From: Desulfobulbus propionicus DSM 2032
GTDB taxonomy: Bacteria; Desulfobacterota; Desulfobulbia; Desulfobulbales; Desulfobulbaceae
Assembly (NCBI RefSeq): GCF_000186885.1
Contig: NC_014972.1
Coordinates: forward strand, 3,450,001-3,482,000
Reading direction: 5' to 3'
DNA: 32,000 bases
Shown here: positions 9,246-19,285 of the stretch, piece by piece
Position numbering within the stretch: the first letter of the stretch is position 1
Layout of the letters: every line of letters starts with the position of its first letter
The notes under the pieces: generated by a model
Seen by the model: the letters and a program-made list of their open reading frames with translations, nothing else
Told to the model about the DNA's origin: nothing
Database searches by the model: none
Made by a program: the position numbers and the translations under genes

Positions 9246-10166
9246 TTACCGTTGGCCCCTTCGGTCATGCCACTGCACAATGACGATGGCCGGCAGAATG
9301 ACCGCCACCCCCATCGCCGCCTGCATGGACGGGATTTGGCGGTACAGCAGCCACTCGATCAGCACGATCAACGGCGGATAGAAATAGGAGTAGGCGCTGA
9401 CCCGGGTCGGCCCAAGGTACAGCGTCGCCCACTGGTTGATGAAAAAGGTGATGATGGTGGTGAAGATGGATAAATAGGCGATTCCCCCCCATACGCCTGC
9501 GGGAATGGCTTCCCAGGGGACGAGGGGAAGCTTGTCGAGGGTAAAGAGCAGGAGCCAGGCACTGCCGGTGGCGAGAATCCAGAAAGTCATCACCGCCATG
9601 GACTCGCCGCGATAGAGCAATTTCACCAACGGCATGTAAAGTCCCATCAGCAGACAGCCGCAGAAAAAAAGCAGGTCGCCGCGGTTGAGCTGGAGGCGCG
9701 CCATCCGCTCGAAATCGCCCTCGAAAATGACCCACAGCGCACCGATCATGGCCAGGGCCAAGGCCGCCAGGCGATAGCCTCCCAGCCGTTCGCGCAGGAG
9801 TATCCAGCCGTACAATCCGGAAATGCCAGGCACGGTGGTGAAAATAACCCCGGTGTTCAGCGGTGTGGTGATGCGCAAGGAAAGAAACATCAACCAAAAA
9901 AATCCGACCAGGGTCCCGCTGATGAGACTGTAGCGCAACAGATCGGCAGGGCGTGGACGGGACCAACCGAAGGTGCGGCCGACATAGGGGGCAAAGAGCA
10001 GCGTCGCCAGGATAAAGCGGATCAGGGTCAAGACCACCGGATCCATGAACGGCGTGATCAATTTGCCCACGATAAACGAGGTGGACACGAGAAAGGCCGA
10101 AAGAGCCATGCCGCCATGCAGCAACCAAAGCGACGGGGGAATGCTTGAATACCTGTTTGATCGCAT
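9246..10166 (-). CDS. EamA/DMT-superfamily transporter (start placed at internal Met; ORF open to 10280)
   Basis: About 10 hydrophobic segments in two EamA-like halves, e.g. ITTPLNTGVIFTTVPGISGLYGWILLRERLGGYRLAALALAMIGALWV and LGPTRVSAYSYFYPPLIVLIEWLLYRQIPS. Confidence 0.85.
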   Translation of the reverse strand: MRSNRYSSIPPSLWLLHGGMALSAFLVSTSFIVGKLITPFMDPVVLTLIRFILATLLFAPYVGRTFGWSRPRPADLLRYSLISGTLVGFFWLMFLSLRITTPLNTGVIFTTVPGISGLYGWILLRERLGGYRLAALALAMIGALWVIFEGDFERMARLQLNRGDLLFFCGCLLMGLYMPLVKLLYRGESMAVMTFWILATGSAWLLLFTLDKLPLVPWEAIPAGVWGGIAYLSIFTTIITFFINQWATLYLGPTRVSAYSYFYPPLIVLIEWLLYRQIPSMQAAMGVAVILPAIVIVQWHDRRGQR

Positions 10167-10276
10167 GAGAAAAGAAAAAGTGGACAGCGCCGAGGGGGGC
10201 ATCCAGGGCGCGTGCATGATGGAAGCCAGGGGGACGGTCGCGAACGGCAGGGAACAAGACCCCTCGCGCGGCCTCT

Positions 10277-12691
10277 TCACCGGACAGGAGGAGAAGGGCG
10301 GTTCTCGATCGGCGTCCTGGCAAGGATTCTGGTGACCTCCCGCGAGACGCTTTCAGCGCTGAACGGCTTGGCGACAAAGCCGGCCAAACCCATTTGCTCA
10401 TAATTGTCCGCAGTTACCTGTTCACTATAGCCGGTACAAAGAATCACCGGAATATCCTCGCGTATTTTTTTCAGTGCGGTGGCCAGTTCCAGGCCGGTCA
10501 TTCCCGGCATCCCCATGTCGGTGAGAACCAGATCGAACAGCCCTTTTCGCGACAGGAAAAGCCGATAGGCCTCTTCGCTCGAACGACAGGATGTCACCGT
10601 ATACCCGAGATGGCTGAGCACCTGTTCCAGATAAAAGGCGATAGGCTGTTCATCGTCCACCACCAGGATGTGCCCTTCCCGCGGCGGGCTGGCCGTTTCA
10701 TTCTGCTCGGCCCGGTTGTCCTCTTCCTGGGCCGCTTCCGGAAGAAAAACGGTAAAACAGCTTCCTTTTCCGGGGATCGACTCCACCGTCACCGCCCCGC
10801 GATGGTCATTGACGATGCCATGGACCACCGACAGGCCCAACCCCGTGCCTTCGTGCAACTTTTTCGTGGTGAAGTAGGGTTCGAAAATCCGCTGAAGATA
10901 TTCCGGCGGAATGCCAACACCCGTGTCCTCGACCTGGAGGCAGACATAGGATCCATGTTGCAGATTGCCGATCTCGACCCCTTCTTTGGGCGAAAGCGTT
11001 CTGGTGTACAACCGGACATGAATCGCCCCGCCCTTTCCTTCCAGGGCCTGATAGGCATTGGTACAGAGATTCATGATGACCTGGTGCATCTGGGTGGGGT
11101 CAGCTTTCACATAGGCATTCGGGGCAATGTCGGAGATGAGTTCAATATTCGCCGGTAAGCTGGCGCGCAACAGCTTGAGCACTTCCTTGACAATAAGGCC
11201 GAGTTGCAGACTCGATACATTTTTCTCCCCCTGCCTGCTGAACTGAAGGATCTGGTCGACCAGTTGTCCGGCCCGTTCCGAAGCCTTGACGATTTCTCCC
11301 AAATTCTTGTACAACAGCGAATCGGATGGGCACTGCCCCTGCGACAGCTCCGCATACCCCAGAATGGCCGTCAAAATATTGTTGAAATCATGCGCCACCC
11401 CGCCGGCCAATGTCCCGATGGCCTGCATTTTTTGCGACTGCCTGATCTGATTTTCCAGAATCAAGTGCTGGGTAATATCGCGCTTGACCGCGACATAGTT
11501 GATGATATGGCCATTGTTGTCCCGCACCGGAGTAATGGTGGCTTCCTCCTTGTACAAGGCGCCATTTTTTTTCTTGTTGGTGAAGGTCCCGCGCCAAACG
11601 TGCCCCTTCGCAATTTCCGCCCACATCAGCTTGTATTGATACGGCGGCGTTTCGCCACTCTGCAGCAATCGCGGGTTTTTCCCTAACACCTCCGGGTACG
11701 AGTAGCCGCTGACTTCCTCGAAGGCGGGATTCACATATTGGATATTGCCAAAGATATCGGTGATAATTACAGACTCGGCCGCCTGCTCGACAGCGGTTGC
11801 CAGCAACCGCCGTCCTTCTTCCATTTTAAAACGATTGCTCATATTATAAAACATTACCTGAGCAACCTTCCTAGTGCCGATCAAAGCGGTGTCAATTTGT
11901 ATCTGTACCGGAATCTTTTCATTATCCTTGTTCTTTATAAAGAAATTGAGAATATCGTCGCAAGGTTCTTCATTTATTTTTTTATTGAAAAATTCAATGT
12001 AGTTATCTCTTTCCTTCCCGTCATAAAAATCGCCATGATGCGTGCCGACAATGCCCCCGTGGACGAATTTGAAAAAATCAAGGGCGTGATTGTTTGCCTC
12101 CAAAATAATCCCGCTGAATGAATCAACTATGATGATAGGCTCATTTATTGACTGTAGTAATAAATAGTATTTTTCAATGAATTCTGTTGAAATTTTTTCA
12201 AAATTCTTTCTTGATGTTATATTTTCAATCAAGACCAATGCATAATAATCTTGTTTCTCTCCAAATATATCAATCTTGACATTGAAAAATAATTCATTTT
12301 TATTAACATCCAATACATTATAATCATGATACGTATTCTTTCTTCCGCAAAGAAAGTTAGATATTATATTGTCACAAATTTTATTATATAAAACATTAAA
12401 TACATACGATCTCCCTTCGAGTATCGAAGATCTTTTTCCATCTGCGAATAAATCAACAACGGATTGATTCAACGAATATATTTTTATAAATGATGCGCTA
12501 TTTTTCTTTAAAAAAAGTTCCGCAGATAGATACTGATCTATGTCGGCAATGTCCGATTGTTCAATTTCTTTGCATTTTATTCCGATATCAGTCACATTTA
12601 ATAACAGCATCGGAACGCTCGAATTTAAAAAGCCTGCCCGATACCATGGGGGCACGCTGCCCATTCTCCCTTGCGCTTGGTTGATCATCAT
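10277..12691 (-). CDS. PAS-domain hybrid histidine kinase with C-terminal receiver; no obvious TM
   Basis: 804 aa. Multiple PAS segments (IITDIFGNIQYVNPAFEEVSGYSYPEVLGKNPRLLQSG), H-box GTLAGGVAHDFNNILTAILGYAEL, HATPase VEDTGVGIPPEYLQRIFEPYFTTK...GLGLSVVHGI, and REC VVDDEQPI...DLVLTDMGMPGMTG...AKPFS. The exact start is uncertain. Confidence 0.9.
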   Translation of the reverse strand: MMINQAQGRMGSVPPWYRAGFLNSSVPMLLLNVTDIGIKCKEIEQSDIADIDQYLSAELFLKKNSASFIKIYSLNQSVVDLFADGKRSSILEGRSYVFNVLYNKICDNIISNFLCGRKNTYHDYNVLDVNKNELFFNVKIDIFGEKQDYYALVLIENITSRKNFEKISTEFIEKYYLLLQSINEPIIIVDSFSGIILEANNHALDFFKFVHGGIVGTHHGDFYDGKERDNYIEFFNKKINEEPCDDILNFFIKNKDNEKIPVQIQIDTALIGTRKVAQVMFYNMSNRFKMEEGRRLLATAVEQAAESVIITDIFGNIQYVNPAFEEVSGYSYPEVLGKNPRLLQSGETPPYQYKLMWAEIAKGHVWRGTFTNKKKNGALYKEEATITPVRDNNGHIINYVAVKRDITQHLILENQIRQSQKMQAIGTLAGGVAHDFNNILTAILGYAELSQGQCPSDSLLYKNLGEIVKASERAGQLVDQILQFSRQGEKNVSSLQLGLIVKEVLKLLRASLPANIELISDIAPNAYVKADPTQMHQVIMNLCTNAYQALEGKGGAIHVRLYTRTLSPKEGVEIGNLQHGSYVCLQVEDTGVGIPPEYLQRIFEPYFTTKKLHEGTGLGLSVVHGIVNDHRGAVTVESIPGKGSCFTVFLPEAAQEEDNRAEQNETASPPREGHILVVDDEQPIAFYLEQVLSHLGYTVTSCRSSEEAYRLFLSRKGLFDLVLTDMGMPGMTGLELATALKKIREDIPVILCTGYSEQVTADNYEQMGLAGFVAKPFSAESVSREVTRILARTPIENRPSPPVR

Positions 12692-12824
12692 ACTAGCACT
12701 TCACTGTTTATGGAAAAATGGGTTCGATCAGAGGCTCTTGCGTAGACAATACAGGGCCCTTCATTCACATTGAACGCTTTCCTTCATCCCGCCGATACCT
12801 TGCGGCACATTCGATTCTCACATC

Positions 12825-13694
12825 ATGCACGACGACGAACAGAAAGGCCCGGCAGCCGTTCAACCTGGAAAATTATATGTGGTGGCGACCCCCATTGGCA
12901 ACTTGGGCGACCTGAGCCATCGAGCCATCGAAACCCTGGCCTCGGTTGATTGTATAGCCTGCGAAGATACAAGACGCACAAAAAATCTCTGCCGCTATCT
13001 CGATATTGCTCCGCGCCTGATCAGCTACTACCGCGAAAAAGAGCAGGAAAAGGCGGCGCTGCTGGTCGAATTGCTGCAAGCGGGGAAGAACATCGGGCTT
13101 GTTTCCGATGCCGGGACGCCCGCCATCTCGGACCCCGGAGGTATCCTGGTGCGCAAGGCACGGCAAGCGGGCATCCACGTCGTTCCGATAGCCGGGCCTT
13201 GCGCCGTAACGACCGCCTTGTCCGTTGCCGGCCTTTCCCCGACGCCGTTCTTTTTTGGCGGCTTCCTCCCCGCAAAAAAAAGCGAACGGCAGAACATGCT
13301 GCGTCGTCTTGCTTCACTGCCGTGCACACTGGTCTTTTATGAATCGCCCCACCGGATATCCGACACCCTGGCCGACATGGTCCACTGCCTTGGCGACCGC
13401 CCTGCCCAGCTCTTTCGCGAACTGACCAAAATATACGAAGAATGCCTGGAAGACACGCTTGCAAACCTGTGCGATCGCCTGCGAGGCGGGATCAAGGGGG
13501 AATTGGTCCTGATCATTCAAGGCGCCCCGGATACCGCCGCCGACCCCGCGGCGAACCTTGAGGAACTGTTGATCTGGTATCGCGATGAACAGCAATCGAG
13601 CCTCAAAACCGCGGTCAACGCGATTGCCGCCGACCTGGGGATTCCCCGGTCTCTCGTCTACAAAAAAGCGCTTTCCCTCTGGGGAGATGGCTGA
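12825..13694 (+). CDS. rsmI: 16S rRNA (cytidine1402-2'-O)-methyltransferase
   Basis: 289 aa with GKLYVVATPIGNLGDLSHRAIETL, CEDTRRTKNL, LVSDAGTPAISDPG and FYESPHRI...REL(T)KIYEE(C). Confidence 0.95.
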   Translation: MHDDEQKGPAAVQPGKLYVVATPIGNLGDLSHRAIETLASVDCIACEDTRRTKNLCRYLDIAPRLISYYREKEQEKAALLVELLQAGKNIGLVSDAGTPAISDPGGILVRKARQAGIHVVPIAGPCAVTTALSVAGLSPTPFFFGGFLPAKKSERQNMLRRLASLPCTLVFYESPHRISDTLADMVHCLGDRPAQLFRELTKIYEECLEDTLANLCDRLRGGIKGELVLIIQGAPDTAADPAANLEELLIWYRDEQQSSLKTAVNAIAADLGIPRSLVYKKALSLWGDG

Positions 13695-13791
13695 CAACCC
13701 ACCCCCCCCGGGCCGCTGGCGGAGGCATGCATTCCTGGGTTGCCTCCGGCGACACGCCAGCGGCCGAGCGGCTCATCGCCTCCTTTTGCCA

Positions 13792-13820
13792 TTGACACGG
13801 TTTTTTTTCATATACATTGT
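13792..13820 (+). promoter_or_regulatory. Candidate promoter for the small helical protein gene
   Basis: Exact TTGACA at 13792 followed by a T-rich spacer and CATATACATTGTAC. The -10 element is ambiguous. Confidence 0.35.
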
Positions 13821-13887
13821 ACTGTTGCGAATCATTCAACCATCTGTTTGCTCGTCTTGGAGCACCACCATTGCAAGGAGGTCATGC

Positions 13888-14154
13888 ATGGGAATGAAAG
13901 AAGAGTTTGACAATCTCGTCGAGAAATTAAAAACCGAACGGGACAAAATAGCGCTGAAAGCTCACCTTGGCTCGATGGAGGTCCGGGACGAGATTGAAGG
14001 GGCGGAAAAGGTTTGGGACCAGTTGAAAGGCAAGGCTGCGGAAATAGCTGACGATGCGGTGGAAACTTCCGAGGAATATATCGCCAAGGCCAAAATCGTC
14101 GGCGACGAATTGAAGGAAACCTACAAGCGTATTTCGCAGCGTCTTTCCGAATAA
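13888..14154 (+). CDS. Small charged, predicted all-helical protein, function unknown
   Basis: 88 aa, MGMKEEFDNLVEKLKTERDKIALKAHLGSMEVRDEIEGAEKVWDQLKGKAAEIADDAVETSEEYIAKAKIVGDELKETYKRISQRLSE. Perfect AAGGAGG Shine-Dalgarno at 13875-13881. Confidence 0.8.
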   Translation: MGMKEEFDNLVEKLKTERDKIALKAHLGSMEVRDEIEGAEKVWDQLKGKAAEIADDAVETSEEYIAKAKIVGDELKETYKRISQRLSE

Positions 14155-14427
14155 GCCAACGGCTTGCCGGGGACAGGGACAAGACTGTCCACCCTTGCCG
14201 TTCACTTCGAGGGCTTGCTTTCCCGGCGGCCATGTATTTCGGGGCTGTTTTTCTTTCGCCATGCTTTGCGGCCAGCCGCGGCGGCTGGAAGAAAAACAGC
14301 CTCTGCCATCACTTGGCCCGGGGAGACAGCCGCTGCCCCAACCCGCCCTGACCGAATCAGCCGCAAAGACTGCCGTTGCCCGCGCATGTGGCGCACTTTC
14401 TCTCTGCCCGGCCGTTCTTCCTCCCCC

Positions 14428-16278
14428 ATGAATGCACGAACAATTGAGCTTTTGGCTCCGGCAAAAAATGTTTCCTGCGGCATCGCCGCGATCGACCACG
14501 GGGCCGATGCCGTCTATATCGGCGGCCCCCTTTTTGGTGCTCGGGCAGCCGCCGCCAACAGCCTGGTCGACATAGAACGGCTGGTGGCCTATGCCCATCA
14601 GTTCCGGGCAAGGGTCTATGTCGCCCTGAACACCCTTTTGGAGGACGATGAACTTGATGTCGCGGTGCGGCTGATCCACCAGCTGTACTCGATTGGGGTC
14701 GATGCCCTGATCATCCAGGACGTCGGGCTGCTGGAGGCAGATCTGCCCCCCATTCCGCTCCACAGTTCAACGCAAATGAACAACCGGACGGTCGAGAAGG
14801 TACGGTTTTGGGAAGAGATGGGGTTTACCCAGGTGGTGCTGGCCCGGGAACTCAGTCTCGCCCAAATACGGCAGATCCGGGACGCCACCACGGTACCTCT
14901 CGAATTTTTCGTACATGGGGCACTGTGCGTCTCCTACAGCGGCCAGTGCTACATCAGCGAGGTGATGGCCGGTCGCAGCGCCAACAGAGGGCAATGCGCC
15001 CAGTTCTGCCGGCACGCCTTTGACTTGGTTGACGGGCAGGGAACCGTGCTGGTCAAGGACCGCCATCTGCTCAGCCTCAAGGATCTGGATCTGTCCAACC
15101 ACCTTGGCGCCCTGATCGATGCCGGGATCTCTTCTTTTAAAATCGAGGGCCGTCTGAAGGACGTGTCGTATGTGAAGAATGTCACCGCCGCCTATCGCCT
15201 GGCCCTTGACGCGATCATCGATACGAGGAACGATCTGTTGCGGGCCTCGTCGGGCCGATGCCAATTTCGCTTTACCCCCGACCCCGCACGATCGTTCAGC
15301 CGGGGCGCCACCACGTACTTTGTTCACCGGCGAGACAAGGCGATGGCGGAAATCCGCACGCCCAAATCCATCGGCAAGCGGATCGGACGGGTCAGCACTG
15401 TGGATGCCCGCAGCTTCACACTCGCGGGCGATGAAGCCGTGCACAACGGTGACGGCCTCTGTTTTTTTGACCGCGACAATACCCTGGTGGGCGTGCGGGT
15501 CAACCGTGTCGAGGGACGCACGATCTTTCCCAAGGATGGTGTCGCCCGCTTGCGCTTGTCGCCGGGGACGGAGATCTTTCGCAATTTCGACATTCAGTTC
15601 AACAGGGTGCTCGAACAGAGCACCCTTTGCCGCCAGCTGGCCGTGCGTATGCGCCTGGCTGAACACGCTGAGGGCGTACAGTTGACGATCACCGATGAAG
15701 ACGAAATCGCATCGACCACGACGATCGAGACGGACAAAGAGACGGCGATCAAGGGGGAGACGATCTCGTCGGTGGCCGTGCGGCAGCTGAAGAAAAGCGG
15801 CGGCACGGTTTTTACGGTTTCCGATGTCAGCCTCGACCTGTCTCCTGGACGGTTCCTCCCGGCCTCGGTGCTCAACGCCTTGCGGCGAAAGGCCTTTGCC
15901 CGGCATCTCGAAATTCGGCGCGCGTCGTATCCCAGGCAAGAGAAAATCCGCCCCCGCAACGATGCGCCGTGGGTCGCCGCCACAGTGGCATACACCGACA
16001 ATATCACCAACCGGAACGCCGCGATTTTTTTCCTGCATCACGGTGTCCGGCAGCTCCATCCGGAGTTGCTCCGGGCCGGCAATGTTCCGGAATGCGCCTT
16101 GATGACCACGAAGTACTGCATCAGATTCCAGCTGGGTCTTTGCAGTGGCGCGAAGATACAAAAGGGGCGCATCGCCGAGCCGTTGTTTCTCACCGACAAG
16201 ACCGGAACCTATGAACTGTGTTTTGATTGCTCCCGATGTGAAATGGCTGTTCGCAACATCGAACACCATCAACAATGA
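14428..16278 (+). CDS. Peptidase U32-family protein (RlhA/YdcP-like, with C-terminal extension)
   Basis: 616 aa from MNARTIELLAPAKN, with GADAVYIGGPLFGAR, FVHGALCVSYSGQCYISEVMAGRSANRGQCAQFCR and DLSNHLGALIDAGISSFKIEGRLKDVSYV. Confidence 0.88.
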   Translation: MNARTIELLAPAKNVSCGIAAIDHGADAVYIGGPLFGARAAAANSLVDIERLVAYAHQFRARVYVALNTLLEDDELDVAVRLIHQLYSIGVDALIIQDVGLLEADLPPIPLHSSTQMNNRTVEKVRFWEEMGFTQVVLARELSLAQIRQIRDATTVPLEFFVHGALCVSYSGQCYISEVMAGRSANRGQCAQFCRHAFDLVDGQGTVLVKDRHLLSLKDLDLSNHLGALIDAGISSFKIEGRLKDVSYVKNVTAAYRLALDAIIDTRNDLLRASSGRCQFRFTPDPARSFSRGATTYFVHRRDKAMAEIRTPKSIGKRIGRVSTVDARSFTLAGDEAVHNGDGLCFFDRDNTLVGVRVNRVEGRTIFPKDGVARLRLSPGTEIFRNFDIQFNRVLEQSTLCRQLAVRMRLAEHAEGVQLTITDEDEIASTTTIETDKETAIKGETISSVAVRQLKKSGGTVFTVSDVSLDLSPGRFLPASVLNALRRKAFARHLEIRRASYPRQEKIRPRNDAPWVAATVAYTDNITNRNAAIFFLHHGVRQLHPELLRAGNVPECALMTTKYCIRFQLGLCSGAKIQKGRIAEPLFLTDKTGTYELCFDCSRCEMAVRNIEHHQQ

Positions 16279-16345
16279 GCCCTTCTCTTGATGCAACCAG
16301 CAACCGCTCGTTTTTTTTCACCCTTCGGGTCGGCTTAAAGCAAGT

Positions 16346-16960
16346 ATGAGGTGGCAAGGAATGGATCTGGTGCAAGTGTTCAGCAATTCTGGCGACTTGG
16401 CTGGCAACAACAGGCGCCTGCACTTTTGCCCCCAGTGCGGCCAGCGACTGCATCAAAAAACACTGGCGAAATTTGAACGGCAACGATGTGACCGATGCGC
16501 CTTTGTTCATTACCTCAATCCACATCCAGGCATCACCATCATCATTCGATCGCGTGAAGGGAAGGTGTTGATCGGCAGACGGTCCGAACGATCACGATAT
16601 GGGGGCCGATGGTGCCTGCCTGGAGGATATATCGAATACGAGGAGTCTTTCATCGACACCGCCCACCGCGAGGTTGCCGAAGAGACAGGGTTGAAAATAC
16701 GTATCGACGGCATTGTCAATGTGGTGTCCAACCATCTTGACGACCTGCATCACACCCTTGTTGTCGTGCTAACGGGACAACAATCGGGTGGAATCCTGCG
16801 ACCTGGAGACGACCTCACCGCGCTGCGGTGGATAGACGGCGAACAGCATAAGGAAATAGGCTATGCCTTCGAAGCGGACAGAAGCATCGTTGACTGCTAC
16901 TTTGCTGGAAATATCAAAATATTGCCGATTGATCCAGGGGCAGAACAGAGACTCGCCTAA
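16346..16960 (+). CDS. Nudix hydrolase with N-terminal zinc ribbon
   Basis: CPQCG...CDRC ribbon followed by the Nudix box GGYIEYEESFIDTAHREVAEETGLKI. Confidence 0.9.
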   Translation: MRWQGMDLVQVFSNSGDLAGNNRRLHFCPQCGQRLHQKTLAKFERQRCDRCAFVHYLNPHPGITIIIRSREGKVLIGRRSERSRYGGRWCLPGGYIEYEESFIDTAHREVAEETGLKIRIDGIVNVVSNHLDDLHHTLVVVLTGQQSGGILRPGDDLTALRWIDGEQHKEIGYAFEADRSIVDCYFAGNIKILPIDPGAEQRLA

Positions 16961-16962
16961 GA

Positions 16963-17005
16963 ACAGGCGACTCCCTCTTTGCTTGAGGAAAGAGATAAAG
17001 CCTGT
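16963..17005. repeat. Nested inverted repeats between the convergent Nudix and fabB genes
   Basis: Outer stem ACAGGC (16963-16968)/GCCTGT (17000-17005) encloses inner stem CTCTTT (16975-16980)/AAAGAG (16989-16994). Confidence 0.5.
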
Positions 17006-17140
17006 CTAGCAAAAAATATTGGGAAAAGAACCGATGGCGGGCGTGCCGATATTATCTGACTGCCGACCCGGGCAAGGCAAAGAGCCCCCCTCCCCCGCAC
17101 CATGGGAGCGGGCGACGGCAACATGTTCTGTCACCGCCGT

Positions 17141-18349
17141 TCATGCTCGGCGAAAAACCAGACAGGCGTTGGTGCCGCCGAAACCGTAGCTGTTGCTCAT
17201 CACCGTGCTGAGGGAGGCGTCGCGGGAGGTTTCGACAATGTTGTGGCCTACCGCATCGGGGTCCATTTCTTCGATGTTGGCCGAGCCGCAGATGAAACCG
17301 TGGTTCAGCATCAAGAGGCTGTAGATGGCTTCGTGCACGCCGGCCGCACCCAGGCTGTGGCCGGACAGGGACTTGGTCGAGCTGATCGGCGGGCTGTCCG
17401 GCCCGAACACCTCGCGGATGGCCCGCAGCTCGACGATGTCGCCGATGGGCGTGGAGGTGCCGTGGGCGTTGATGTAGTCGATCGGCCCCTGGGCGGTGTT
17501 CAAGGCCAGACGGATGCAGCGCACCGCGCCCTCGCCCGAGGGCTGGACCATTTCCGAGCCGTCGGCGGTGGCCCCGTAGCCGACCAGCTCGCCGTAGATG
17601 TTCGCTCCCCGTCTTTTTGCCCGTTCATACTCTTCCAGCACCACGATACCGGCGCCGTTGGCGACCACAAAACCATCGCGGTTGCGGTCATAGGGTCGCG
17701 AGGCCCGTTCGGGGGTGTCGTTGTACCGGGTGGACAGGGCACCCATGGCGTCGAACATGGCAGTCTGGGTCCAGTGCTCCTCGTCGGAGCCGCCGGCAAA
17801 AACCAGATCCTGCTTGCCCATCTGGATCTGTTCCATGGCCGCGCCGATGCAGTGGGAGCCGGTGGCGCAGGCCGAGGAGATCGAATAACATAGCCCCATG
17901 ATGCGATGGGTGCTGGTCAGGCAGGCGGAAACCGTGCTGCTCATGGTGCGCGGCACCATGAAGGGACTGAGCCGTTTCAGTCCCTTGTCGCGCATGGTAT
18001 CGGCCGTGGCGACCACGTTCTCCGCCGAGGTGCCGCCAGAACCGATGATCAGTCCGGTGCGCGGATGGGACACCTCGTCTTCGGCCAGTCCAGCATCGGC
18101 GATGGCCTGCGAAAGCGCGATCGAGGCATAGGCGGCGGCATTGCCCATGAAGCGCAGGTTCTTCTTGTCGATATGTTCCTTGACATCCACCGAGGTAAAA
18201 CCGCCGATCTGGGCCCGTAGCCCGATCTCCCGGTACGGTTCGTGGTAGCGGATGCCGGACCGTCCCTCGCGCAGGGAGGCCAGCGCCTCGGCGGTGGAGT
18301 CGCCCAAGGACGAGACAATGCCCATGCCGGTGATCACAACTCGTCGCAT
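17141..18349 (-). CDS. fabB: 3-oxoacyl-ACP synthase I
   Basis: 402 aa from [18 protein letters not shown], with catalytic Cys in [27 protein letters not shown] and catalytic His in [13 protein letters not shown] and [24 protein letters not shown]. Start codon at 18349-18347 (cat). Confidence 0.95.
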   Translation of the reverse strand: MRRVVITGMGIVSSLGDSTAEALASLREGRSGIRYHEPYREIGLRAQIGGFTSVDVKEHIDKKNLRFMGNAAAYASIALSQAIADAGLAEDEVSHPRTGLIIGSGGTSAENVVATADTMRDKGLKRLSPFMVPRTMSSTVSACLTSTHRIMGLCYSISSACATGSHCIGAAMEQIQMGKQDLVFAGGSDEEHWTQTAMFDAMGALSTRYNDTPERASRPYDRNRDGFVVANGAGIVVLEEYERAKRRGANIYGELVGYGATADGSEMVQPSGEGAVRCIRLALNTAQGPIDYINAHGTSTPIGDIVELRAIREVFGPDSPPISSTKSLSGHSLGAAGVHEAIYSLLMLNHGFICGSANIEEMDPDAVGHNIVETSRDASLSTVMSNSYGFGGTNACLVFRRA

Positions 18350-18363
18350 TCGCTTCTCCGTGC

Positions 18364-19119
18364 TTAGGCTTCCCGATGGACGGCCAAGGGGCCGCAGCTC
18401 TGGCAGACCGGCATGACCTCGACCGTGCAGATGTTGACATGCGGCGGCACGCTGGTCACCCAGTGGACGATCTCGGCGATATCGACCGGGGTCAGTGGCT
18501 GGGTGCCCTTGTAGACCGCGTCGGCCTTGTCCTTGTCGCCGTGAAAGCGGACGATGGAAAACTCGCTCTCGGCCAGGCCGGGTTCGATGTTGGTCACCCG
18601 GATCTTGGTATGGATCAGGTCGGTGAGCAGGTTGCGGGAGAACTGTTTGACAAAGGCCTTGGTCGCGCCGTAGACGTTGCCGCCCGGATAGGGGTAGTTG
18701 CCGGCGATCGAACCCATGTTGATGATGTGTCCCTGGTTGCGCGCCACCATGGCCGGCAGCAGGCAGCGGGTCAGGTAGCACAGCCCCTTGATGTTGGTGT
18801 CGATCATGGTTTCCCAGTCGTCGAGGCTGGCCTCGTGCGCCCCCTCCAGACCGAGCGCCAGGCCGGCATTGTTGACCAGGACATCGATGTCGCGAAACCC
18901 CTCGGGCAGGTTGCTGGCCATGGTCTTGACCGCCGCGAGGTCGCGGACATCGAGCTGCACCGCATGCACGGGCACCCCGTGCAACTGGTCCGTCAGTTCT
19001 TGCAGTCGATCGACGCGGCGGCCGGTGACAATCAGCCGCCATCCTTCCCGGGCAAAGCGCTCGGCGCAAGCCTTGCCAAAACCGGAGGTTGCGCCGGTAA
19101 TACAAATGGTTTTTTGCAT
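18364..19119 (-). CDS. ydfG: YdfG-type SDR NAD(P)-dependent oxidoreductase
   Basis: [60 protein letters not shown] and [15 protein letters not shown]. Closely follows the YdfG pattern. Confidence 0.88.
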   Translation of the reverse strand: MQKTICITGATSGFGKACAERFAREGWRLIVTGRRVDRLQELTDQLHGVPVHAVQLDVRDLAAVKTMASNLPEGFRDIDVLVNNAGLALGLEGAHEASLDDWETMIDTNIKGLCYLTRCLLPAMVARNQGHIINMGSIAGNYPYPGGNVYGATKAFVKQFSRNLLTDLIHTKIRVTNIEPGLAESEFSIVRFHGDKDKADAVYKGTQPLTPVDIAEIVHWVTSVPPHVNICTVEVMPVCQSCGPLAVHREA

Positions 19120-19285
19120 GATCTTTCTCCTTTCGTGTCCGCTAAGGGAAACAGGTTTGCCTGCAAAAAACAACATTTTTCCAAAAGAGCCTGGAATTCC
19201 TCATGGTTGTGTTTATAGTCCAACCATTGCACCGTGAACAGCAATCGTTATCGACTCAACCAGTTGCCCCCCAAAGGAGAACACC

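Noticed and set aside
13702-13709. C8 homopolymer just after rsmI
   Set aside because: It lies after the stop codon rather than in a coding or promoter position, so a phase-variation role is not supported.
14171-14190. GGACAG/CTGTCC short hairpin before the U32 gene
   Set aside because: Short 6-bp stem without a T-tract. It may help terminate the small-protein transcript but cannot be distinguished from chance.
14767-16296. 509-aa minus-strand ORF opposite the U32 gene
   Set aside because: Antisense shadow of a clear U32-family protein.
18350-19105. N-terminal extension of the 654-aa ORF that contains fabB
   Set aside because: This part is out of frame over ydfG and is Arg/Gly/His-rich. 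The real FabB starts at [10 protein letters not shown] (18349).
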